A DNA stretch of 64,000 bases from a virus, in IMG/VR virus record IMGVR_UViG_3300013126_000016, positions 23,015-87,014 of that record; one strand, given 5' to 3'. Position 1 is the stretch's first letter, and the number at the start of each line of letters is the position of its first letter. The notes under the pieces were generated by a model that ran no database searches, had not been told where the DNA came from, and worked only from the letters and a program-made list of their open reading frames with translations. Both the position numbers and the translations under genes were made by a program. Below, in pieces: positions 18,401 through 30,400 of the stretch.

Positions 18401-21400
18401 ATAGGAGCTGGCCCATATCTTATTTCTAACAACTCACTAATAGTTTTAAACTTATACTGTTTATTAGAAAAATATCTTATTATTCCTTCTAAAGAATTAA
18501 CAGTATTTTGTCTTGAAAGATTTGTTTCCCCACTGTCAGGATCTTTTCTAAAACTATCATGAAGGAGTATTATTGAACCTTTTCCTAACCTTTGTCTACT
18601 AGTCTTTACTCCTAGAATTACGTTGTTAAGGATTTGATTACTAGAGGAAGCTCTAAAATCTTTAGGGTCTATATCTGCTCCTATTATAGCATAGCCTAAT
18701 CCTCTTACATATTCTACGATAGGAGTATTGTAATTAAAATAAGGGGCTCTAAAAGTAATATTAGTTTTATTAAAATTAATACCAGTAATACTTTTTAAAG
18801 TTTCAATATTATCAGTTATTTCTTTTTCTATTTCACCTGATGAGAGCTTTCCTAATTCATCTCCTGGAAGAGAAATCCCAGCAAACTTTTTATGTTTTAA
18901 ATGTCTTTGAGTATGTAAACCTAATTGGTGACCTTCTTCAACAATCCTTCTAACTAAATCTGGGTGTTGTTTAGCGTGTATACCCATAAGATAAAAAGTA
19001 GCTTTTACTCCGCTTTCCTTAAGAATGTCTAAAATTCTTGGAGTAAATAAAGGGTCAGGTCCATCGTCAAAAGTGAGAGCTACTACTTTTTCTTGGGTAT
19101 TAATATAATCTATAGGTTCTCTAGGAGGGTTATTAACTAAACTAGTAGGTAAAGCTTTGTACTGCCTAATAGCTTGAGTTAAAGGTACTCTAGTTAAAGG
19201 TGGTGTTGATGATCGTGGTGGTGGTGGTGTACTTCTATTTCCTACATATTGTGCATATCTAGTTCTAGCAAATCTCATGAACTCAGATAATTTGCCGGTT
19301 GGTTTTGCTTGATTAGGGTATTGACTTTTTCCTTCATCTGTTTGTAGGGGAGTCCATATACCAGATATTTCAAAGAATATACTACTTTTTATGTTTCTAT
19401 TTTCTGAAAAAGCACTTATAACTTCATTTAAGTATGCTCCATTTCCCCTTTCAAAAAGTAAGTATATAGCTAATAAATCTTGTACACCTGGTTCATAAGA
19501 AGGTTTAGATCTAAATAATTTCCTTAGAGTAGAATTAGCCCTTCGCCACTCAAGGTGAGGTGGGTTATTGTACATTATTTGATATCGTCCTGAAGCAGTA
19601 AAGGCTCCAGGTAAAGGACGATTATCGTAAGGCATTTGAGACAGATCAGTTAGCTCTGCCCCGCCATATAATTTAGTATAACCGTAGTTTTTAGTTGCAT
19701 TATTAGGTAAAAAATCTGTTCCTTCTGATCTGGCTATAGCATCAAAAAACGCTCTTATAGCTGGGTGGTCTAAATATTGTTGAAGTTGTGTACCTAAAGG
19801 CGTTAAGTATGAAGTATCTCTAGGATTTAAAGGGTTATTACCTCTACCGGTTAGTATAGAACTAGGAAGGGTATTACTAGAGTAAACATCATTTGCTATT
19901 GTTTGTGATCTGCGAAGAACATTAGGATTACCGCTGTTTAAAGCTTTAATATACCTTTCATGGTCTTCAACGGAAGCGGACAAGTGGACGTGAACATCTC
20001 CTGTAACAGCTGCGGCATTACTTTGAGTGCCTAAAAACTGACCTTCAACTACAGACTGACCGCTAGTAAAAGTAAGGCCTTTCAAATGATACATTTGACC
20101 TAATATTCCTCTTTTGGAAGAGTCTCTTATAAAGGAGTCAGAAGAAAAAGAGTTTAAATAATCTTCTCTAGTTTTATAAAAAGTGTAGCCACCTAGTGCT
20201 GGTAAAACTTTTACAAAAGCAGTAAATGGAGAAGGAACTGGGACATCAGTAGATTGTTGACCTTTTAGTCTTAATACGTAATCTATTTTTATTAGATTAG
20301 GGTTAAAAGGTTCTATTTCATCTCTTCCTCTACCAGGAATCCCTAAATCTCTATACCTCCTCCCACTTCCTGTTGTATTTCCTCTATTTGTTGTACTTGG
20401 ATGATGTATTGAAGTATCATTAAAAGTTTTAACTTTGTAAGGGCCTGACATTACGTCATAAGGAGCATAAGATACTCCTAATCCTAAAGGGGAGCCTGTA
20501 GGAGTTGGGGTTGAGGAATTAGCAGGAGGTCTAAAAGTTGCAGCATTAGTACGACTACCACCAGGTGAATAAGTATAAGGACCTAATATAGCGCCAATAG
20601 CACCTCCTCCAATAGCACCACCGATAATAGCAAAAGGAGCAGCAGGGGGAAACAAAGCAGCTAATATACCACCAGCTACTAAACCTACCCCGGCACCTAC
20701 AGCAGTTGATAGAGCAATATGTCTTTGAAAATCTAATAAATCTCTACTAGAAGAGATCTTTAAAGCAGACATCCTTTGTGTGTAATAAGTGTCTAATACA
20801 TCGTTTAACACAGGAGAACCAAAGATTTCTAGAGCTATAGCAGCTCCGACACCAAGTGGGCCAAAGACAGAAAGGCCTAGACTTACGCCGCTCATAATTA
20901 TGTTTGTAGTTTCGCCGGCTAACTTTCTAGAAACGTATTCTCTACTTAACTGTTTTGGTTGACTTTCAGTGTCAAACATACTATATAAAGATAATCCAGC
21001 TCTAAAACCAGAAATATAGCTCATATAAGAGAGACCTACACCTTTTACAGTGCTCTCAAAAGAAGGTATTTTAAAGAAATTACTTACACTAGAAAGGTTT
21101 AAAGAACTAAGTTTAAAGTTTTTAATAAAATCAACCCCTTGAGGTAAATTAGAGACCAAAGGAATCCCTACAGAAGAATATAAAAGGGTAGATCCTACAG
21201 CTTGTTTTGTTTTATCATCATCTTTAGAAAACTGATTATAAGCTAAATAACCAAAGGTTAATCCTAAACCTAATAAATTTCCTGTATTTGCTAACTTATT
21301 ATTAAAACTAGAGCTAGTCGTAGATACTGCTTTATTAATAGTAGCTGTAGTAGTAGCTGTAGTAGTAGCTGTAGTCTTACCTAAAGGATTATTTGCATAA

Positions 21401-24400
21401 TACTGACTACTGTATCTAGTATAAGCAGGGTCAATAGGATTAGAAGAGGGTATGTAAGGCAGTGGTACTTGTCTAGGTAAACTAGGAGGAGGAAAGATAG
21501 GTTTAGGAACTTGAGGTATGAAATTAGTTGAAGTAGAAACAGGTGTTGGAGAGAGTAAAGTAGCCGAAATAGAAACAGGGGCTATGTTCTGGGGTATAAA
21601 TTTTGTAATTATATAAGGATTTTTTAATCGTAGAATTTGTTGTTGAAAAGTTTTAGCCTGTATTTCAGAGATATCATAACTAACTACAGCACGTACTGTT
21701 GAAGGGTTACCAGGAACTGCTTCATAGTTTTCTAAACCTATTTCTACACTTCTTCTATAAGTGTAAACTCCTCCTTCTTCTGGTATAAAGTCTGCATTAT
21801 AAGGTACAAATTCCTTTTTGCCCTGAGCTTTTACTTCTATTAAATCAGTCTTTGAAGCGGGAATAGAATCTAACTGTTGTCTAAAAGAAGGGTGACTAGA
21901 GGGGGAATCAGTGACCTGCATTTCAGGATGACGTTTACCAAAAAGTCCTCGTTTTTGGGATTCTACAGGGATTGCAGGTCCCTCTATTAAATGAAAAGTT
22001 AATTTATTATCAATAACTTTAGGAGTTTGTTGTAATATTCCTGTTCTTCTCATTAACTGCCCGTCAGCAGAATAATCGGGATAAACTATATCATAAGTAC
22101 TTCTAAATAATTTAACATTTTTATTGTAAGTGTATGAGGTAGAAGAAGTACCTATTACTTTCTTGTTGGGGTTAGAAGGACTAGGAGCAAAATTATCTAT
22201 AAACTTAATATCTACTCCTTTTAGTTTATTTAATTCAGAACTAGTAGACAGTATATGAGAAGGCAAATGAGTATGCCTCTTAATAGCAAAATCATAAGGA
22301 GATACAGCAAAACGAGGATTTAAACTAGCAGTAGTAGAACCTCCAGGAGTAGTAGAAATAGTAGCAGTAGTAGAACCTCCAGGAGTAGTAGAAATAGTAG
22401 AAGTAGTAGAACCTCCAGGAGTAGTAGGAATAGAAGGTTGAATTGTGTTAATGGAAGCCTTTTCCAGTGCAAGAGTTTGCAATCGATTTTGTTTAATATG
22501 TTTTAGAGATGCAAAGGACTCAAAAACACTGTAAAGAGCGACGCCGCCCGCTAATGTTAATACTCCTGTTTTGACAGTATCTCTATCTATAGTAATAGGA
22601 ATAGATTTAATAGCAGCGCCGAGAGTAGTGGCGCTAGGAAGTCTAAATTTTTCAACAAAATTATGGTAATGAAAGTCTGCTACTTTATCAGAGAAATAAT
22701 TTATAAATTTAGAAACACTAAGAGAAGCTAAGAAAATAATATGGTAGTTAACAGATCTACCACTTAGCCTAGCATTTCTTAAAGCCAAGGAACCTAATCC
22801 AGCATTTATAGTAGGGCCTATTAAGTTTTCGTAAGCTGCCCTAGTTTCTTCTTTAGTAGATTTAAGGTTAAGATTTAAAACGTTTAAAGCTCCTGAACCT
22901 ATAAAACCTACATCAAAGATAGAAGGTGAGTGATATTGAATATTACCAAAGAAGGAGCGTAAACCTGAACGAATAGGGTTAGTAACAAAACGAGCAGCGC
23001 CCACACTTCTATTATAGATATTAGAAGATAATCTAGTTATAAAAGGTGGGATAGAAGGTAGTCTTATTCCTCTAGAAACTCTAGTTGCAATGTTAGAAGA
23101 ACCCCCAAGAAAAGAAAATACGCTACCAGTAGCTCTAGTTAATGCGTTAAGAACAGGATTAAAACCTCTCAAGTCAGAGCTTAAATAATCTAAAAAGGGT
23201 CTTCTAGTCAAGCCATATCTAAAAGCACCATAAGAGGAGAGGATAGTAAAACCGGTGTTTATTGAATTAGAGATATTTTGAAGATTAGGGTCATTAGGAT
23301 TTTTAGAGAGAAATAAATTATTAAAAATAATTCTAGAAGTAAGAGCTACAGAACTTAGGCCTAAAGTAAAAGAATTTCTAGCTCCAAAAGGAAGGAGAAA
23401 ACGAACACCAGCGCCGACACTTGCTTTAGAAGCACCTTGAAATACTTTAAAAACGCTAACTGCAGTAGCTAAAGTTAGACTGCGTATACTAGTTGGAACT
23501 CTAAGAGATTTAAAAAAAGACTGGTGTGCTGTTTTTCCAGAGAATGCTAAATGAGCGGAATAAAGTAAACCGATACCGCTTAGAGTAGAAGCTATAGCTA
23601 AATTGTTGCGTTGTTTATCTTCTTTTGATGAGTATCTATCTAGTAGATTATAAGCACTTATTAGAGATAATAATAATCCAGTTATAGCGATGTTTTTAGA
23701 GTTGTTTCTTATAAAAGGTATGTTAAATAATTGTTGTGCTTGTGTTCTAATTCTAGTATTAAAAGGTGAAAAGAGACGAGAAAAAACATTTCTAGTAGAA
23801 TTAGCCACACCGTGAGTAATGTTAGAGTAGAGGGCACCAATAGCTCTAATAGGGCGATATAGACGACGTATATTAGGTCTAATAACATCTCTGTAAACAA
23901 GGTCTTTGTAACCGAGGTAAGTAGAGTTATAGGCAAAACCAAGTTTAGGGACAACAGAAAAAATAGTGCTGAGAAGAGTAGCACCTCTAAAGAACTCAGG
24001 TAATCTACGTTGATAAGAACCGACAGCTTCATGATCTGAAATCTGAATACGGCGTTGGATAGCTAATCTAAGAAGAGAACTACCCATTGCACGAGGTCTA
24101 AAATCGTTTAGTACTCTAGAAGAATTAATTGATTCAAAATACCTATCAGCATAAATTCTATCATATTCAGCAAACCTACCAAGAACAGAAGAGTGTACAA
24201 AATCATCTATACCTCCTCTAGTTGAGCTGGCTCTTTGTCTAGCTGTCCTCATTAAGTCTAATCTATTCTGATAGACATCTATCGATGTATATTTAAATAG
24301 GTTTCTACCAGCAAAAGCATATTCACGAGTAAACTTAGGATAGATGATGCGGTCGAAGCGTTTTGCGGTACTAGGGAGAAGAAGGTTAGAGAGAAAAGTA

Positions 24401-27400
24401 AGTGGGACATTGCCACTGATTTGGTTATCGACTTTATCCCAGACATAATCAAGGCTAGAGTCTATATGTTTAAAGACAGAGTTGCGTGCAGCGGAGAGGA
24501 CATTAGAGACACCAGGTACTCCTGAAAGGTGATATATAATGGAAGAGGTTTTGTTAAATATAGGAGTACCAATATGGCGGTCATAAGATCTAGTTAAGTT
24601 TACAATAGAGCGAGTAAAAGAGCCGCGAAGAAATTGTTGATCCAAGTAATAAGCACCGATAGCGGAGCCAACTAAAAGAGAAGCGGCTCCAAAAGCTGGA
24701 ACACTAGACATTGCGGCGCTAAATGCTCCAAGGGCAAAAACAGTTGCAGGAATTTCCCCTAAGAATCCAGCAGTAGCTTGAGAAGCTTCTATTTTACGAA
24801 GCATGTCATTTTCAGACCCAGCTAAAGTAAAACTAGATACAGCACTATATAGAGGAAAGAAGTCGTTAGCAGCTCCTATTATTTTCATAAGGCCAAACAT
24901 ACCTTCAGAGAGCACTCCGCTAAACCCTCTATTTAACATAATTCTATTGATTATTTGTTCTGACTCAGGAGCTGTAGAGCTTATTCTATGCTGTATATTA
25001 CCTCTAGGAGGAGTAACATTAGGGATGTTTAAGTATTCAGAATCAGTTACTAATTGTGCTGTAGCAGAGTGAAATAAAGATGTGTGTATTTGTTTAAATT
25101 TATTAGCTAATACAATTTTTAATTTATTAAGACGTATTTCATCTGAAAGACTATTATCAGCAAGGATATAATTAATTTCATAAGATAAGGAATCAAACTG
25201 GTCAAGGAAATTCTTTAATTTATCTGGTTGAGATAAACCCATTACATCTCCGAACTTTATAGACCTTTGAGATTGGGAAGCAGGGTTTACAACATCAATT
25301 ACAGTTCTGTCTAATAAATCGGATTTAAACCTATCTTTTATACTATTTATATAAGTATCTACGGTTTCAGTTCCTCTTAAAACCTGTCTTAAATCAGAGT
25401 TAAACAAACTTAAATCAGAATTAGAGCTAGAGTAGTTTATCAAGCGTCCATAAAAATTATTAAACTCAGAGCTAACATTGCTGGATAATTTTCCTAAGTT
25501 ACTACGTCCATCAGGGGTATCAGAAAACAATAGTTTATTTTCATCTAAATTAAAGAAAGCTTCAGAAGTTAATAGATATACAGGTTTATTAGTGCCTTTA
25601 AATTGTATTGGGTGTAAGCTAATAACTGGACTTTTTGCATCGTTTATAAATGCGTAGGATAAAGGAGGTCTTCTTATTCTTTCCAGGTCATTAAGAATGC
25701 TTTCTAGTTTACGAACAGTAGAGTTATGGAGAGCGCCTTGATTATAAGCTGCAAAAGAAGCAATAGATTGAATAGAGAAAGTAATAATATTACCGGTAGT
25801 AATAAGAAACAGAGGTATTTGTTGAGCTGCTAACAGAGCAGCTGTTCCTGAGGTAGTAGTATTATTAAACCCACCTAGAGCGTACTTAAAGGTATTACCA
25901 AAGTAAGAAAATAAAGAAGAACTATCATTTTTTGGTCTAGCAGAGTTTATAAAATTGTAATCTAGATCTTTAGAACCGTACTTAATATTATCTAAGAATT
26001 TAAATAATTTATTACCAACGTCAAATAATAAGTTACGTTTTTTGGGTAAAGAAAAGTAACCGGAATAATTAAAGTAGTCAAAAGGTGAGAAAGTGCGAGG
26101 GAGTTCTCCAAATGGTAGAATCTTACTTAGTTCTTTATTAACTAAGTCTGTTTTAAACTTTCCAGACTTAAACAAGTCAAAGAAGAGAGAATAAACTAAT
26201 TCTATAGGACGTTGGTGACTTAATCTTCTAGTTTCCTGAGTACGGAACTGTAAAGCATAAAGAAGAGCTTCACTAGTATTAGAAAGCATTTCTGATTCTG
26301 TACTAGTAATAAAACCTACTAATTTAGCGGGAGACTTACGAGGTAGAGAACCCATAATTCTGTTGTAGTTACGCTCTAATAGTTGGTCTGGAGATATATT
26401 TCTGTCATCATAGCTTAGTATATTTTTAAATATTTGTGAGAAATCAGAACTACTTAATAATTGAGCAAAGCTGTATTGAGAGCCACTAATATCCGCGAAA
26501 GTTCCTTGAGATTGAGTATATAGTCTAAAATCGTATCTACCTTCAGAGAGGCCAAAAGGTCCGCCTAGGGGTATAAAGGCGTTAGCATTATCTTGGTAGA
26601 TAAGGCTTTTAATACCGAATATAGAGGTAGCGGCGCGGAGTAGATAATCAGAGTAAGCGTAGAGAGAATCTGTAAAGTTTTTAGGTTGATAACGAGGTTT
26701 TTTATAAGACCCTGGAAGTCTGTACAGCTGCTCTTCAAAAGTTAAATTAGCTGAATCAGAATCCGAAACAACATCTGTAAAACCTAAACCTTTACCTGTT
26801 AATCCTCTGCCGAATAAACCTATAGCCGCTAACACGGCTGATACAGAGAATACTCTTCTTGCAGCTATAGATAAACGTAGAGGTACTGTTCTTACAAACA
26901 AATTATCAATAGATTGACTAGCATCTATTGCTTGAGTATATATTCTATGTATTGCTTGCTGTTGGCGACCTATATAAGTGTTAGGTGTAGCGTTAGCAAA
27001 GGACTCAGCAGTATCAAATACACCTGCGTTTCTTAATGAATATCCATAAATAGCAGTAAGAGGAATAGTAGTGGTAGTTAGCTTCCAGGCTTCCGAGGCG
27101 AGGGCATTGGGTTCTAGGAAAGAACCTATATGGGAGAAATCAGAATCAGGAGAGTGAACAGAGGAAGCGTACAGATAAGCAAGAGCCAAAGGTAAAGCTC
27201 TTCTAAAGCGGGAGCCATAGCGAGTACCAAGAGCTCTAAGAGATTGTTCAGGAATGCCTAAAGTAGCAGCTGCGCCTCTAGCAATAGCATTAGGCAGAGC
27301 AAAAAGGGGAGTTTGACTGTATCTAGCAAGAGTTTCAAAAGAACCGGCTACAAATTTAGCTATATGATAAGGAGTTTTAAATTGTCTTAGCTCTCTTCTT

Positions 27401-30400
27401 AAAGTAGAAGTTGATGGAAGTCTTCGTAATCTATCTTCTAGTCTATCAAAACCAGTAGAAATATAAGAAGATATTCCAACAAAACTCATAACAGTAGAAA
27501 GAGAATTATCTTTAGAGAAAGAGAGAAAATGTTTAGGAAAAGATAAGAAAGAGAGTGAAAAAGCTAACTTTTCACTTTCGGATATATCTTCTTCAGTTAG
27601 AGGAGTTTTACTACTAATATAATTTATACTGCTCCTACGAGCTTCAGGTAAATAAGAATTAAAAGGTTTAAGTCTAAATTCTAAAGGTGCAGAAGGGATA
27701 GAGCCAGTACCTAATATAGGGAAAAACTGAAAACCTGCTCCTATAGTTAATGAATTACCAGCTGGGTCTAGTTTAGATACAAAAGTTAGCTGAAAGATAG
27801 GGTTAGGTATTTGTTGAGAGAAGTTGTAATTAACTTGTTCTCTAGCGACTCTACCATAGGTTAGATTATAAGCTGCTAACATGGAGAGATTTAACATAGA
27901 ATATTCTTTAATAGTAAAAGGTTTATCTTGTTGTAATCGAGATACAACACCCTTAATTAAAGATAGAGATGAGAGGTAATTTTCAGAGTTAGGGGAAGAG
28001 CCTGTAGGAGAATTACCTGAGATAAACTTATTAAGATTTAAGATATTAGCTGCGGCGTTAAATATAAACTGAGTAGCTAATAAAGTAAGGGAACCTCCTA
28101 TTAGAGCTCCCAACCATCCAAATTTAGTAACAGGTCTAGAACTAGAAACATTCTTTAATCTTGTTAGAAGTTGCTGTTGTTCTGTAGTTAAATTAGTAAA
28201 AGGATTATCTAATAGGGAAGAAGTTGGGTCATTAATACCAGTAGCTTGCCTAACAATATTAAGATGTTGTAGTATTCCATGTGGATAGAAGCGTTGTGTT
28301 CTTTCACTAAAAGACTTTTCAAAGATACTAATACCAGTACTAGTAGTATATTCAAAACTAGGGAGTAGGTGTCCACCTATAATAAAACCAGACGCAACTA
28401 AAGGATATTTTATATAACCAGGTATGCCACCAGAATATTTTATGTTAGCAAACTTACGATCATTGCCCTCTTTAGTTTTATAGCTTGTAAGATTAAAATC
28501 AACTAATATCTGGTTAATAAGATCTCCTGAGTTACGCATTATATGAGGGTCAAACAACTTATCAGCTATAAGAAGAGGACCAACAGAAAGAAGAAAACCA
28601 CGAACAGACTTAAAGATATTAGGTTTACCAGCATCTATAGAAGTAGCATAATTATAACGACTTTGAACGATAGTATCGTACTGTTCTCTGCGTTGTATAT
28701 ATAATTCTAATAATCGTCTAGAGCGGGGTTCTCTTAATAAGTTTTGGAGGGATCTGCTTAAAACACCTACATTATTAGGGTCACTACCACCACCATATAA
28801 TTGTTCTGTTAGCTGTCTTAATAATTCTGTATAATCAGGAGCACCAGCAGGATTTATTGGTGTAGTTAGATTTAAGCGTCTAAAGTTTGCATTTTTTAGT
28901 ATTCTTTCTACTCTTGTGTATATTTGTTTTTCTATAGAAAATAAAGAATTCTCTAGAGTGTAAATTCTAAAGTTTTCAAAAGCTTCTTGATAGATATTAG
29001 AGTTAGTTGATTGTTTAAAGATAGTTTGAGCAATCCTTTTACTAAAAGCAGTAAGACCGCTAAAACCTGGAGCCAAGAGATTTTTAAGGGAATAATCTTC
29101 AATATCAGTACCTGCGCTGCGGTCAACTCTGAGGGAGCGGATGCCAATAGAATCACGATAAGGTTTAAAATAAAGTAAAGGATTAGCAGGGATAAACTCA
29201 GATATTTTATCTAATAATTCAGCGATGGATTCTAATCTTGAATAACCGTAGTTTTTTATTTCAAAATCGCTAAATCTTCTATGGAAACTACCATCAGGAG
29301 TCTGTACTATTTTATAGACAGCTACAGGGTTTTGAGACAATAAATTTCTGAGGTTTTCTAAGTTATTATTAAAGATCCTTCTAGATTCGTCATCAGGCAC
29401 AACAGAAATAGATTCTAAGATAGGAAATACAATATGATTAAAATTAGAAAGGTCTAACTGTCTAAATCTAGAAAGTTGTCCAAACCAACCTCTATCAAAA
29501 CCTAGAGTAGAAGAATTATAAGACCTAGAAAGGTCAAGTTCTGCAGTAGTAGTGTTAATACCTAAAACTTCGCGTTGAACTCGAGTTAACTCATCAGAAC
29601 TAAGAGTAGTAGGAGTTGTTGAAACTGAAGGTGTAATATTTTCTGAGACATGAACAATTAATCTATTAATAGCAGAACCCTCTGGGGTTACATTATTGCT
29701 ACCGTATATTACGTCTAACTGTAAACGGACATCGTTATTTATACCACTATAATCAGGAGTATAACCTTGTATTTCAGCAGCTCGTTGAGTTACGTAATTA
29801 TAATAATCTTCTACAAACTTACCAGCATTAAGAGAACTTATATTTGGGTCAGTACTAATAAATGAGTTTTGTAGGTTTGTAATAATATCTATAGATTTAA
29901 TAAATTCATTAGAAAAGAAAAAGTCTCGTATATTTCTATCACTTAAGTTAGTAATATCAGAATCAGTAAATAAAGTGCTACTAACCTTTTCAATACCAAC
30001 TTCTTCAAACTGAGCTTTAGCGATAGAAAAAGTATGAGATACACCAAAGTAAAAAGCTAAAGAATAAGCTGTAGAAGAAACCGTCATAGCAGAGGAGTAG
30101 ATAGTGTTTTCAAACACTCCTCTTTCTGGATCTGCTTCGTAAAAAGATTTATGAAATTTTGATATAGAACCTTTTTCTTTTCCGGAGCGTACTCTTCTAT
30201 AAAATTCGCTAGAATAGAATCCAGTAAAAGTATCTAATACACGTCCTACGCCTTTAGCCAGTACACCAGTCAGACCAGAACCTTCAGTATAGATATCAGT
30301 AAATATTCTATTTAGAATATCTCCAAAACCGGGTAAATTAAGACTGTAATCAGCCCATTTAGCTATAGTACCTTTAAAACCTGTAGGTTTTTCTCCTGAT

